From NCBI RefSeq assembly GCF_902459465.1, contig NC_047069.1:14880001-14944000 (forward strand): a DNA stretch of 64,000 nucleotides. The letters run 5' to 3'. The DNA comes from Asterias rubens (lineage: Eukaryota). Position numbers and translations under genes: made by a program. The notes beneath the pieces are model-generated. The model was not told the DNA's origin. It did not search any database and worked only from the letters and a program-made list of their open reading frames with translations. Below are positions 26,371-39,570 of the stretch, piece by piece. Position 1 is the stretch's first letter; each line of letters starts with the position of its first letter.

Positions 26371-26836
26371 CTGAAACAAAAAGACAAGAAATAAGATTGC
26401 CATGAAATTCCACAACATTTACAAATTCAATTTTTTAAGGAACAAAACTGATCAAATAAATTTAATTATTTTTTGTATTGATGAATGAACCTTTCCAATG
26501 AAAAATCAATAAGTTGCACATCATGCGCCCACAGATACACTTTTGGTGTTTGCCACCCAATAGAGTCTGTACAAATGTGTAAATTTAAATGACATATTTC
26601 ATGGAAAGGGCTAATTTTAGTTGACTTGAAAAAAATGTGAATACAGTTAACCATTTCAGGGTTAAGTACAGTCACATTAATCGCCAAACTTAAGGATGTA
26701 AAATTCAATTAACATTTATTTTAAATGGCTTATGAAGATAAAAATCAAAACAATGAAATTATGTAGAATTAAGAATATATGCGTAAGATAAGTAATGGGA
26801 CTATTTTCAAACCATTATAAAAAGGAGAGCACTTAC

Positions 26837-26962
26837 CGAGCCGAGCCTGACCGTTTGTGCGTGGGCAAAGTTGACTAACTCCGCCATATCCGTCTTAAAT
26901 TTACTTTCATTTGGGCACTTGTGGATTGCATGTTGGAGAAACAAATCGGCCACTACCTCTCC
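26837..26962 (-). CDS. ADCK2: ADCK2 exon 8
   Basis: tttcAG|GEVVADLFLQHAIHKCPNESKFKTDMAELVNFAHAQTVRLGS|GTAAGT, 126 nt, phase 0/0. Confidence 0.92.
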
Positions 26963-27404
26963 CTGAAACAAAGAAAGGAAACTTATTTTCGGCGGGATGT
27001 CACGTCATTAATTTGCCAAATGCAGCATCTTTCCATTCAAACCAAGAACCGTTATATTCACAGTTTTTTAATTAATCTTCCTGCCTGCCTGAAACATTAT
27101 CACTAAAACTACAAACAATAGCAACAATTAATAAATTAATATACGACTAAAAAGTGCACATGGTATGATAAATTAAATATACAAAATGATGGGGAAAATA
27201 ATGAAGAAATAAACGTGCCTGAACTTGGCCTATCTGAGATCTTGTTCAGCTGTTATTCTTATAACTCCTGAACTTAACGTAAAAATTATGACACAAAACA
27301 ATTACAACCAGTGTAGTTTCTTGCCTGCGAGAAAGGCCCTGGAATGTACACTCTTTTTGTAAACAAAGGTTACACAAGGTCTTTAATAATATAGGATGCA
27401 TTTT

Positions 27405-27770
27405 AAAGGATTTGGGTACTTTTTCAAAATGTCCATAGATTTACATTAAACTTGAAGATAATGATAGTGGAAAGCTTCCCTTCAAATCTTACTTACTGAG
27501 GTGCTGTAGTTTTTGAGGAATGACTAAAACAATGTCCTGAAAATACTTTTGTAAATGATTAAAATAATTTTCGTCTCATGAGACGAAAATTATTTTCATG
27601 ACTAGGACTATTCATGACATTGTTTTACTCATTTCCCAAAAAACTACAGCACCTCAGCACGTAGTATTTACAGGGAAGCTTTCTACTATCATTATCTTCA
27701 AACTGTGTAAGTTCAGTGTAAATCTGTGGACATTGTGTTTTTTGTGCTACAAAAGTGATATAGACTCTTT
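27405..27770. mobile_element. MITE family C
   Basis: Starts AAAGGATTTGGGTAC. The body is shared with 39681-40043 (opposite orientation), ~4801-5118 and ~6094-6345. Confidence 0.75.
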
Positions 27771-28606
27771 AAATCAATGTAATAAATGCATCAGGGATAC
27801 AAAAATATTATTTGTGTTTCACACTTGCACAGAAATAATGCAAATAAGCACTGTACACTCAGTGTTTTCCCTTAGTCTTGTGGAAAAAAGCCCACAGACT
27901 AACTAATCGGGTTGGTTTCAAACCAACAACTGAATTCTCACATGCAGTGAACGTGCTCAGTGATCAGAGGTAAATTCAAATATGCAGTTAATAGATTATG
28001 TAATATGGAGAATATTATTTTGGCTTTACCTTTTACACACTGATATTTATGGAGCACAGTTGTATGACAAGATTTTTCCATTGGGAGGGGGGGGGGGGGT
28101 GGCAAGAGAGGAGGCAAGGGCTATGGGGGCTGCCTTTTAAAAACAACCACCACAACTCAAACAAAGATTTTATGTACATGTACAAGGCATTTTCACAACT
28201 TAACTAGGTAATATCGCCACCATCTTTTAAATCCTATATTTTACACCAGTGTAAACAATTACATTTTGGGGTGAACAAAGTAAATATTGCCTTGGGACAG
28301 GATTTGAACATGAGACCTCACAATTCACAGCGCCCTATCAACTAGACTGTGCAGCACTGTGACTATCTCCAAGTTCACACATTTTGTTGAAACCTTCATT
28401 CGCCCAAACATTCAATAGAATTTACCCAGTCACATTTCCCTTTTGGTTTATATCTTAATATTCAAAAACAATTAACTGTGATAACCAACAATTACACACC
28501 AGTGTAAGGGTAAAAATAAATTACAAATTAACTGTGACTTTGGACGAGGTATGACTTTTTTGTATTAATCCCCAGTTAAACGCCACTATTTAAAAACAAA
28601 TCTCAC

Positions 28607-28858
28607 CTTTCCCAGGACCACATTTGTGAATACATCCCTGAAGTTCTGGCGATCAAACTCGTTGAGCTGACCGACGATGCCCGTGTCGAGCATGACCAGC
28701 TTGAGTGGGCATTCCCTCGGCTTGACGCTGATGACCACCGTGTCGCACATGTCCTCCATCTTCAAGATGTTGTCCGTGTCTCCGGTGAAACTGTCGACTC
28801 CCTGGACGAGAATGTTACCAGGATGAAGGTCGGCGTGGACGAAGTTATCAATGAAGAC
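28607..28858 (-). CDS. ADCK2: ADCK2 exon 7 (catalytic loop)
   Basis: VFIDNFVHADLHPGNILVQ...LKLVMLDTGIVGQL...VVLGK|GTGAGA, 252 nt, phase 0/0. Confidence 0.96.
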
Positions 28859-29615
28859 CTGATGGGTAGAGTCCAAAAACGATTCAAGAAATTGTTTTGT
28901 AAATAAAATATTGCCCTAACCCTCCTACTATTGGTACCATTTTTTCCAGTGACTTGACCAACCAGTTAAAACCATTCAGCTGGGACAAAGGCTGTGAATT
29001 GAATAGGGTTGTGAATCTTTTTTTACTTTCCTAAATGGTTAAATGGAACTTGTTACTTCCAATAAACCATTAAGCATTTCTACAGATTCAAATCCAAATT
29101 GAAAATCAGAATAATGGCGCAGGGTACTTGTGTATTTGTCAAAACACTTTCCAGGATCAAATTAATAATTTCATCCAACAAAGCAAAAAGGTGGATTACA
29201 AATTGAAGGGAATAGAAATTAGACACATTCCCAACCAACAAAAGGAATGTCGATCATTCTTCCTGGATATAGTGTCCAGGGAATAAAAAGTAATACTATG
29301 CTAACATACAGTGCTAACACACATCGGTGTATGGGTAAAAACCAAAAATAATATTCTTTATCCCCGATGCACATCTATTATATCGTTGCGGTACCCGCTG
29401 CCAAAACATAGGATTCGAACTGCAAATTTAACATCTATTATAATACTATGCTGTTAATGGTGTGTCCTGGCGAAGAGGACAAGAAACAATGGACTCAAGC
29501 TCTGGTGTTTTTTTTAATCAGCAGAGTGTCACGACCGGGACTCAAACACACACTCTGCTAACCAGAGCTCGAGCTGGTGCTCTTCGCCACGATACGCTAG
29601 AGTAAGTCCACTTAC

Positions 29616-29723
29616 CATCTTAAGGAGGGCCTCTACCCCCATCGCAGCGAGTCGTTCATGAAGACCCTCTGGTCTATCCTCATCATCGGAGTTGGTAATG
29701 TAAGACGTTATTGGATCTCCTTC
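29616..29723 (-). CDS. ADCK2: ADCK2 exon 6
   Basis: ttacAG|EGDPITSY...LHERLAAMGVEALLKM|GTAAGT, 108 nt. Confidence 0.92.
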
Positions 29724-30320
29724 CTGTAAATCATTCAGACGTCCACAAAGACAACAATCAGCCCATTTCAAAATGACTTAACGGGGGAGTTAACTTATGT
29801 GTCACGATACTAGGTTTTTCCTGTCGGGCGAGCTAAGAGAGCAAACAGGTTAATGTTTCAAGAAGGCAGCAGAAACAACCGCCTCTGTTGCCCCCCTGGT
29901 CATTGCCTTAGTGCCCCTTGCAATGTTTCAGTAGAAATTTACAACATCCTCATAGAGGTGCCATTTGAGAAAGCCCCTATAGGTGCCCTTGCTCATTAGC
30001 CCTGTACGCTAATGTAAACATTTACAATAATAATAGGGTTTTAAATGAAAAATCTCAAGAATGCTGTACAGAAAATCAAAACAAAATATAGCGTAAATAA
30101 ATAAATTTAATTGAATACATAGAGTATAAGCACACAATGAAGAAGTTGCAAGAAGGAAAATGAGAGTATACAAAGTTAGGAAAAGGTTTCTGAATTCTTC
30201 GAAAATGATCTAAACCACTGTCGTCTTTTGAAAATGACATTTTTAAAAGTAAGTTTCTGAGTGTTGAAAATATAAACTAACAAAACGGAACAAACAAAGG
30301 ATTCAAATTTCAAAGCATAC

Positions 30321-30449
30321 CTCGTACGTCTCCACAAGGACATCTCTGCTCACAAAAGGTCGGAGTGGCCTTGGGAATCGAATATAACTTACGTCTGCAA
30401 AGTTTTCCACGAAGCGATCTAGATTGTTGGCCTCTATTCTTAGATCAAT
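30321..30449 (-). CDS. ADCK2: ADCK2 exon 5
   Basis: ttctcAG|IDLRIEANNLDRFVENFADVSYIRFPRPLRPFVSRDVLVETYE|GTATGC, 129 nt. Confidence 0.94.
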
Positions 30450-30666
30450 CTGAGAAAGAAACATTTAAAGACAATTACAATTTTTCAAAGTGACAATGTA
30501 TTATTTCTCCAATACGCCGCGTATTATGGCTACAAATGCCAAATGCGCTTAAGCCAACTGGCCAAACAGCTGCAGCTGTGTTCTTATGGCAAACTGTCCT
30601 GTGATTTGAATCCCATATTTGGCTCTAACAGACCTGTAACCCAAAGCACTGGTTTGCTAAAGATTA

Positions 30667-30799
30667 GGCCGAATCCGAATTGACGGCTACGGCTACGGCT
30701 GTTGCTAAGGGTGTTGCTAAGGACGTCCTATACCTCAACGCATGGTGACGCTGAAATCTAGCCGTAGCCGTAGCTGTAGCCACTAATTCGGACACGGCC
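30667..30799. mobile_element. 133-bp PIF/Harbinger (Tourist-like) MITE
   Basis: GGCCGAATCCGAATT...GGCTACGGCTACGGCT / AGCCGTAGCCGTAGC...AATTCGGACACGGCC, with a TTA duplication at 30664-30666 and 30800-30802. Confidence 0.85.
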
Positions 30800-30863
30800 T
30801 TAGTACAATAAGAAGAAGTAAAACACTCAACAAAAAACCTCAATCACTCAAACAGTGCAGTAC

Positions 30864-31010
30864 CTGTTTCTTCATGAGTTGCTCAAACTCTGCCATACAT
30901 TCCGGGAGACTAAGCCACTGAAGACCAGGAACAATAGAGAGAATTTTGGCCAGAATTTGGAGGAGTTGAAGATCCCACTGGACTCGTCTGTAGATACCCG
31001 GGTGTAACAC
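30864..31010 (-). CDS. ADCK2: ADCK2 exon 4
   Basis: VLHPGIYRRVQWDLQLLQILAKILSIVPGLQWLSLPECMAEFEQLMKKQ|GTACTG, 147 nt. Confidence 0.94.
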
Positions 31011-31345
31011 CTATCAGAAAAAGGAAAACAAAGAAAATAAACAAAATTATCATGATATCTTTTTCACAGGACTCTGGAAAGTACTGAGTATACAGTGCTA
31101 ACACACATCAGTGTATGGGTAAAACTCCCCCCCCCAAAAAAAAAAGTTTAAAAATTTATATTCTTTATCCCCGATGCAAATTTAACATCTATTATAAAAT
31201 TATCATGAACATTACAGAAAGATAGCACAGTTGGTGAAGCACCAGCATGTCAACCTGGAGATCGCAGGTTTAAATCCTGCTCTTGTCACTTTGTCGTCCC
31301 AATACTTAAAAACAAATTTACAACACTGTTTGGATCCGATATTTT

Positions 31346-31712
31346 AAAGACACTGGACACTGTTGGTAATTGTCAAAGACCAGTCTTCTCAGTTGGTGTA
31401 TCTCAACATATGCATAAAATACCAAATTAGTGAAAATTTGAACTCAATTGGTCGTCGAAGTTGTGAGATAATAATGAAAAAAAAAAAACCCTTGTGACAC
31501 AAAGTTGTGTGCTTTCAGATGCTTGATTTTGGGATCTCAAAAACTAATTCTGTGGTCTCGAAATCAAATTCGTGAAAAATGATTTCTTTCTTGAAGACTA
31601 TGTTACTTCAGAGGTAGTTGTTTCCATTGAATAGCTCTCCATTGCTTGTTACCGAGTAAGCTTTTATGCTAACAATTATTTTGAGTAATTAACAATAGTG
31701 TCCACTGCCTTT
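31346..31712. mobile_element. MITE family A
   Basis: AAAGACACTGGACACTGTTGGTAATT ... ATAGTGTCCACTGCCTTT. Confidence 0.85.
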
Positions 31713-32024
31713 AAAGTTTCATCTCAGGAGATGAAAAAGATTTAAGCATGTACAACAGATTAACGCAACTCTCCTGAAAACATTGCCCTGTGATTTTCAT
31801 ATTTTTCTCAAAAACGTGACGACTAATGAAGCTGAAACTTCTACCGGTAAATACATGTATTAAATACATCTTCATGCACAAGGAGTAGGGATTCATGTCA
31901 TTGCCCAAAACCTGCTCTACAAAGGGTATCAAAACCATGTAAGGGGAGAAATGTTACTTCAATTTTTCAGCTTGAAAGCAACTTCTTAGCAGAAAACCAG
32001 TCACAGGTGGTATGTGTAAATGGC

Positions 32025-32380
32025 ATAATAACAGTGGGTTCTTATATAGCGCTCAGGTCCGTCACACAGTGACGCTCATGGTGTTTCAACATTATTACCC
32101 CTGGTCACTGGGCCTTAAATCATTCCTTAAACCATCTCAGCTTCCTGTGGAGTATACAGCCTGTGCCGCCAAATATGTAGCGCAATCAAGGCTAATCAAT
32201 TACAAGAACCAACTCTGCCCTCACAGGTACCCATTTAGCCCTGGGTGGAGAGAAGCAATTATATTGAAGTGTCTTGCTCAGGGACACAAGTGTCACGACC
32301 GGGATTCGAACCCACACGCCGCTGAACAGAATCACCAGAGCTTGAATTCAGTGCTCTTATACGCTCGGCCACGACTCCCC
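32025..32380 (-). mobile_element. Full-length tRNA-derived SINE with L2-type tail
   Basis: On the minus strand: A box GTGGCCGAGCG, B box GGTTCGAATCCC, TGTGTCCCTGAGCAAGACAC, ...AAATGGGTACCTG, and tail AGCGCTATATAAGAA...TTATTA. Confidence 0.9.
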
Positions 32381-32526
32381 GCATTATGGTCGGTAGTCCT
32401 ATTCTGGTTTAGTGCTTAGCTACTTTTTGTGCTTAAGCAGCTCTCTGAAATTGGAACCCAGCTGATCTGCTATACCTAAAATTCAACTGACAGCTTAATG
32501 TTCGGTGACGGACATTTCTTTCTAAC

Positions 32527-32624
32527 CTTTATAGCAACTGGGATGACATCATCACTTTCCTTAAGTGATTTTGCGATGTGGACAAGGGATATTTCGTTTG
32601 CATTTTCTTCATCAGTTTCACCAT
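32527..32624 (-). CDS. ADCK2: ADCK2 exon 3 (ends with the invariant Lys of VAIK)
   Basis: tttcAG|..GETDEENANEISLVHIAKSLKESDDVIPVAIK|GTTAGA, 98 nt, phase 1 to 0. Confidence 0.9.
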
Positions 32625-33258
32625 CTGAAACAATTTACAATTAAAAAACACAAACACAAACAAATAATCAAACATGTTTATAAATACCAGTCACTGCTCA
32701 CATTTAGGTTTGCGCTGTGGTTTCTTCCTTGCCTATTACCTCTGTAAATGCCGGTTCAAATCACGGACACAAGCCTTGCATGTGGAGTGGGTTCTTAGCT
32801 CCTACCTACATGTTATTGTGTGGGTTTTCCTCCTGTATCAAAAACTGACTTTCCTTTTCATCATTTCTCTCGATTGACCCAATCCACCCGACGTTATCAT
32901 CACAATCATTTTGGTTGTGCAATTTTGGGAGTCAATGCCCGTACGTGTTATAGTGTTATGCACATTTTATACGATTAAATGATTATCGTATTTGTATGTG
33001 TAACTTTGACTCTCAAAATGGCGAGCGTGACAGACAGTAGCCGTATCTGACCTTTTGGCAAGGGGTCAATACGGGTTGCTGTGCTAGTAAGTCACTTTTG
33101 GGGATCCCTCGTTTTCAAATTAGTCCAAAAATTGTCAAGATAACAAAAGCAAAAAAAGTTTGTAAGATATAAAAGTGCTGCTTGAAATGCACACCAATGT
33201 TGTTTTTTGAGAAACTGCATTTTGTGCTGCCACTACAAAATATTAAAAACACACGTAC

Positions 33259-33339
33259 TTGAGTCATTTTCCTCATCATCCAGGTACGGATCCTTTGTTC
33301 TTTTTCGGAAAAACCAGTCCAGTTTGATGATTTCACGTC
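33259..33339 (-). CDS. ADCK2: ADCK2 exon 2 (acidic insert)
   Basis: gcttttatAG|..REIIKLDWFFRKRTKDPYLDDEENDS|GTACGT, 81 nt, phase 1/1. It is frame-neutral, so it is supported by its splice signals rather than required by phase. Confidence 0.7.
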
Positions 33340-33535
33340 CTATAAAAGCAAACAGCAAGAAGATACAAAGCTTTATGACATTGGGCCCTCGGTACATGAT
33401 CAATGCAGTTGAATGGTTTTTGAATAGTTTGTCAACTCACTGGAAGTTTTCACTAGGAGTAAATGAGGTAAAGAGAAAAATGAGTCTGAAGCGAAATTAA
33501 TCTGAAGCAAAACAACTGAAATGTATTTTTCTCAC

Positions 33536-34307
33536 CATCGTCAAACTCCGAGGGCTCATCATCATCATCCACTAATGCTTGGAGACACTCTTCCGACAGA
33601 GCTTCTGGTCTCATGTATGCCTTGTACACCTGCCCAACGCACCCAGAGTGAACACACTGCTCGATCTTAACGAAGATGTCCCGCCAGCCCTTCCCAAAGG
33701 AGCGCTGAAGCTTCTTCTGGGTTTGGTACCAGTAGTGCTTGGGCGCGTCCAGATGGAGTTTGGAGAACACGTTGCAGAACTCTGGCGAGAAGACGTCACG
33801 CCTGGTGCTCGCCCACTGACCAAGTTTGATGAATGTCGGTCCGGAGATCTCAACGGCCCATAAGAGCATCCGGTGCCATCTTAGACGAAAGGAATCCGAC
33901 AATATTGTTATGGGATACAGCGAAATAATCGGTCCGAATATCACCGAGATCCACAGCAGCCTTCCACATAAGCTCAGACACTTATAAATGTAGAAGAAAC
34001 TACGTACGATGACATTTCTGTGCCGTTTTGTCTTCTTCGTTCTCTTTGGTGATGGGGGTGGACTTCCAAGTCTGGGTTCTATAATGGTTTGTTGGCAATG
34101 GGCCCTGACTAAAAGTCCTCGATATGCTAGGGTACTTACACATAATGAAGCAGTAATGCTAAAGACTGCCCGGGCCTGTGACGGTCTAGGACATGTTGGA
34201 AGGAAAGATCTACATCTCGGAAGAGGAAAAGATCTCTGAAGAGAGCCAAATTTACACCCAAGGCCCACTGGACCCTTTGATAATAGCTTTCCGGACAAGT
34301 GAAGCAT
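33536..34307 (-). CDS. ADCK2: ADCK2 exon 1 (R/S/L-rich mitochondrial-type leader, KxGQ motif)
   Basis: First ATG at 34307 (the ORF track begins at a GTG). SGPTFIKLGQWASTRRD and GCVGQVYKA are present, with phase-1 donor G|GTGAGA at 33535. The full joined CDS is 1899 nt. Confidence 0.95.
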
Positions 34308-34780
34308 TTCTCCAACAGGCGTGGTTGCAGGGTCAACCACAAACTTAAATTATCTGACGTTCCTTACACTGATATTGTGAAAATCCTCCAATACAAATAT
34401 TGTTAATTAGTTGAGAATTAAAACTCCGCATGATGCGACACCGAGCTTAATCGGGAAGTCAAAACTTCCTGCTTCAGTCCAGCGTCATTTACAATGTAAT
34501 CTTCCACTGGTTTGCGTCTTGGTGACTCCTGGAGTAAAATGAGAACAAATATTGTATTAGTTCTTACAGTCCCAAATCTTTCTTTAATGCAAAGTAAGGG
34601 AAGGATTGGGCCAGTTAGCCCACCTTGTTGAGGTGTTATGGCTCTTTTTAAATCAGTGTTCACTGTTCAGGCCCAGAAATAACCTACACTACCCACAGCA
34701 ATTGAACAGTTTTGAAAACAGTGAAACAGGGGTTTCTCAATGTTTTCTTTAATTTCTCCAATGATTGACGAAGTGAGCTT

Positions 34781-35175
34781 AAATGCAGTGGACACTATTG
34801 GTAATTACTCAAAATAATTATCAGCATAAAACCTCACTTGGTAAGAGTAATGGGGAGAGGTTGATAGTATAAAACATTGTGAGAAACGGCTCCCTCTGAA
34901 GTGACGTAGTTTTCAAGAAAGAAGTAATTTTCCACAAATTTGATTTAGAGACCTCACTGCCTCAGATTTAGAATTGTAGGTCTCGAAATCAAGCATCTGA
35001 AAGCACACAACTTCCGTGGGGCAAGGGTGTTTTTTTTCTTCTTTCATTATTTTCTCGCAACTCCGCCGACCAATCAAGCTCAAATTTTCACAGGTTTAGT
35101 ATTTTATGCATAGGTTGAGATACACCAAGTGAGAAGACTGGTCTTTGACTATTACCAATAGTGTCCAGTGTCTTT
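34781..35175. mobile_element. MITE family A, ~470 bp upstream of the ADCK2 ATG
   Basis: AAATGCAGTGGACACTATTGGTAATTAC ... ATAGTGTCCAGTGTCTTT. Confidence 0.85.
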
Positions 35176-36357
35176 AAAACTTTCATTACTACTAAAATCT
35201 GCAACTTAACAACTACACCATGTATACTGGGGAGTCCAGTGTTATTGTGCCAGAGCAAGGAGGCCTCTTCATAACAATACATAATTATTTATCCCGGTGA
35301 AAACTGAAAACAAGAGTCTGAGTTATCATTTTAGGCTAAACATTCAATCACTTGTCCATTTCTGGCCTCTGACTCCCACTGTCTGACTGTGGATATGTTA
35401 GAACCGAATGCATCTTTTACATTATTTTATCCATTTTCTTTTTCACTGTAAACTCATATCATAGAAATTGGTCCAAGTCCTTTCTGACTCTTTTCTCTTC
35501 ATGTTTGATTTATCACCGAAGGGCTGTCATAATGTGTCATAGTTTGATCCTTCAAGGTAACCCATTCATAACGCGGAACAAAGAGCCAGACAAACTTGAA
35601 TTTCTGTCCAATGAAGTCATTATTTTAACAGGATTAGTAGCGGATCTGGTCGGTTCTGGTCCACTGCTTTTCAATGGAATAAGGAATAAGCACAGACTTT
35701 GGTTTTAAATCATTATACAAACTTTGTAAATTCGTGGGTGATATAATTAAGTCTGATTCCATATCATAGCTTGAACCAAACTTATTGATGTACAACAGGC
35801 AATTTTACCTTTTAAGTAATCAATCAATCAATTTGAATACCGCATTCCCCCGGACAATAGCTACATGGCGCTGTAGATGTTATTTCTGTAAAATATGACG
35901 CCAAAACATTTTATAAGTACAAGGGTTCAAATATTTTCAGCTGAAAGGCTAAGTTGACTGTATGAACTTTATTTTTTTATTATTACAATTTCTACATAAA
36001 AAGGCTGTTTGAATGTCACAACACACCCCCACATTTTAAAAGCACTTTGTAGTTTTCTATTTCCTGCATTAAGTGTTAGTTATTTCTACCTAGATCCAAA
36101 AGTAACTGGGACTCAATCAATAGTACTCAATTTGTAGAATGTTGACATTTGCATTTTCTTATTATTCTTCCGTGTAAGTGCAGACTCAATTATATGAGCA
36201 AAAGCGTACTAGGCCTAATAATTTAATGCAAATGTAAAAAAGGAAAAAAATTACTATTCTACTAAAAAAATTCTCTAGCTAGGCTTCAAAACAGTGGCTA
36301 CAGTCCAGGATCCAAATGACTGGATCTGAAATAAATTCATTTGTTATTCTTTGTTTT

Positions 36358-36739
36358 AAAGGCAGTGGACACTATTGGTAATTGTCAAAGACTAGCCTTC
36401 ACAGTTGGTGTATCACAACAATGCATAAGATAACTAACCTGTGAAAATTTGAGCTCAATTGGTCATCAAAGTTTCGAGATAATAATAAAAGAAGAAAACA
36501 CCCTTGTCACACAAAGTTGTGTGCGTTTAGACGGTTGATTTTGAGACCTCAAGTTCTAAATCTGAGGTCTCAAAATCAAATTTGTGGATAATTACTTCTT
36601 TCTCGAAAACTATGGCACTTCAGAGGGAGCCGTTTCTCACAATGTTTTATACCATCAACCTCTCCCCATTACTCGTCACCAAGAAAGGTTTTATGCTAAT
36701 AATTATTTTGAGTAATTACCAATAGTGTCCACTGCCTTT
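36358..36739. mobile_element. MITE family A, intact
   Basis: Perfect TIR AAAGGCAGTGGACACTATTGGTAATT / AATTACCAATAGTGTCCACTGCCTTT. Confidence 0.92.
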
Positions 36740-37707
36740 ATTCCAACACTTGACTAGTGTGGGTGACCACATTTTAAACCAACAATTGATCACTCAGCTC
36801 AGCACAGAGTAGCTTGATGTTTGGTTAATAACCACCTAGATTCACTAGAAAAGTAACTGCTTGTCCAAGTTGTGGTATAGAGGCGCTCGTGTTGTGTGGT
36901 GGTGAAAGTGACTATTTTACAAGGTGCGAGCATCTACCTCAATGAGCAGAGTAACACTTCAGTCAGTGACACCATGTAATGGAGGTAGAAATGTCATATC
37001 ATTCACTGACTGCAGACGAGACAGACATACAATTACAAAACATGGCATATCGTAGTGTCATACGTTATCGACCCTCGTATGTTTTCGAACTCCAACTTTG
37101 ATTCCTGTTTACCACGAGATTGTGCAAGCTGCACCGTTGACAGAAGCTATGCAGTTTACTCACGGTCTGTATTTTCATCAGGCTTAATCATGCTGAGAAT
37201 AAAGTTTCCTGTCGTTGGTTATGCTCAAACATTTATAAAATGATTGATTTTTTGTACAAATTTATCATGAGTGCGTTATTATGCCAACATTCAAATGAGT
37301 CAAAGAAACATCATCCAACCTTAAAAGTTCAAAACAAAATTACTATCTGCTAGATTGAGTTTCAGTAGTAATTGAGTAAGTAGTAATTGAATAATATTTT
37401 TGATTTATTTTGCACGCCATACTAGCTTCTGAATATTCAATAAAATACCAACCAATGAAAGGTGTGAAAACATATGACGCAGCTCCAATGTCCTGCATGC
37501 ATAAGCACCGTTAATGGCGGACTGTCTCTCGCAACGTAAAACCAAAACTTTAAAAATTTCAACATACCATGAAGTGTAAGTGTTATTGTTAAAAAATTGG
37601 ATAGATGATTTGAAAAAAAAACCATTTAGTTTTTGATTGTGAACAATTTTCCTGTTATGCTACTGAAAACACATGACACCAGGAATCCTGGCAGGATGAT
37701 TAGAAAT

Positions 37708-37866
37708 TAGACCCAGTGACTGGGGCGCCAGATTCCTTTTTTCGAATTTTTGACATTATCGGTCATATACTTTGTTCGAAATTTTGACATTATCGGTCAT
37801 CTGGATGACCGATAATGTCAAAATTTCGAAAAAGGAATCTAGCGCCCCAGTGAGTCACTGGGTCTA
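37708..37866. repeat. Long palindrome with a 2-nt loop
   Basis: TAGACCCAGTGAC...TTTTGACATTATCGGTCATC-TG-GATGACCGATAATGTCAAAA...GTCACTGGGTCTA. Confidence 0.9.
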
Positions 37867-39327
37867 GCATAATTATAAATCATTCGGCATTCGACAGTTC
37901 GATGTTTTCTTTTTGTTTCTTCGATTCTAAAGTAATCCTGAAACCTCAACATATCTCCATTCTTTTCAACCCAACCATATTAATACATAAATGCAATCGT
38001 TAAAATGCAGTGAACAATACTTTCCTTCATTTCCAGCAAAGAAGCGCGGGGTTACAACTAATGTAATATAATAATTATTGCCCGTCTGTTTATGCTAAAT
38101 CTAAAGTTCATAAAAAGAGCAGGGTAGTGCGCCCTCTTTGTTCATGTTGCCGCCGCCCGGCCGCCGAAAATTGAAAGGCGCTGCTTTAAACTTCCTCAAG
38201 TCCTTCAGGTGCCGCTTAAAATTCCAGCGAATCTTCCTTCCTTCTCCTTTGACACGCGCCCCTTTTTACGTCACCCGCGCACGACCAAATCGCAAGAATC
38301 GTTATTATCGTTCGTCAGTGCTATACAAATTCACTAACCCAGCTAGCGGTTTTTGTCAGAACGCAAGATCAAAAGTTAACACTGAGGTGACATCATCATA
38401 CATCACTTAGACGCTATGACATGACAAACAAAACCCATGGGGTCTAATAATACGTCTTCTCCGATCTTCTTATTTATTAAACACTCAAAATCCAGGCCGT
38501 TGATCACATGCACAGTCAATTAATTTAATAATAATTATTCAATAATACGTTCTTACTTGTGTACATTGCCACTTTTGAATTATTTTTTTATTTTATTCTA
38601 AATGCATTTGATAAGAGTTGAAGACACAATCCACAGATTGTCATTTTTAGTTCGGCGGCAATTTGAACTTGAAAAGTGACATTCACGTTTAGCAAAAAAA
38701 TGTGTGTGTGGAAGTGGAAGTAACTTACACATAACTAATTTTTAGTCTAGTGATATATATAACGCCGCCCACCTAGACAATAGAACAAGAAAGGTAGTGA
38801 CAGCATTTCAAGAATAAAACTGTGTTCCATTTTTAATCATCAGCTGCAATGGCTTTTTTATTAGGCCTACTATGGAAGAGCAATCAAAGGGTGTACAACC
38901 TATAGGATCATATAGTCCAAACCTGTATTTCAACCAATGAAGACTATAGCTGGAGATGAAATGCGACCACGTGCGAAGGTAAAACAAAGATCAAAAATAT
39001 TCATGTTTATGTGTTATGATTATTCTACAAAGAAATGCCAAAGAGGCTTAATCGGGTTAATATTTAATTTACAAGCTTTTATCTTCAATCTAACTCTTGA
39101 ACTATGGATCTTGAATCAATTCATTAAACGAATTAAAGTCACATAATTTTATGGACCCTATAAGTCACATAATAATAGGCAATACTTTTCTCACTGCATG
39201 TGTCAACATAATAGTCCAATGGCTTGCTGTAAATAGTGATGAAAATGTCACATTGAAGAAGAATGTTCATTCACATCTCGATCGTGATTGGAGAGAAGTA
39301 GGCCTAGTTGATCACGGTCTTGACCAG

Positions 39328-39438
39328 TCAGCCAACGCGTGGTGGTCTCGTGACTTTCCCATCTGCGTCAAGGAAAATGCGCACTCGGTCCGTTCGGAAA
39401 TCGCAAGTTACCATATATCCATCCGGGACTAAGTCAAC
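39328..39438 (-). CDS. Potato inhibitor I (eglin c/CI-2, MEROPS I13) protease inhibitor, last exon with the reactive loop
   Basis: tcttttttgaAG|VDLVPDGYMVTCDFRTDRVRIFLDADGKVTRPPRVG*. This is the hallmark VTxD(F/Y)RxDRVRxF...PxVG motif. Confidence 0.92.
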   Translation of the reverse strand, partial: VDLVPDGYMVTCDFRTDRVRIFLDADGKVTRPPRVG

Positions 39439-39570
39439 CTTCAAAAAAGATAATAAATATGACATAAAATAAGATTTTTACCTTTTATGACCGGACAAAA
39501 AAATATTGACAGGGTTAATTTTGAAACTATTCATTGTGATATAAATTAGATATTCAAACAAAACCATTAC

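Noticed and set aside
31221-31284. tRNA gene (also ~28290-28350 on the minus strand)
   Set aside because: Only degenerate A/B boxes are present, with no acceptor stem or full cloverleaf. These are best read as SINE heads.
33453-34340. 295-aa single-exon reading of ADCK2 starting at 34340
   Set aside because: The start is GTG, the first ATG is at 34307, and the last 27 codons are intron read-through past the donor at 33535.
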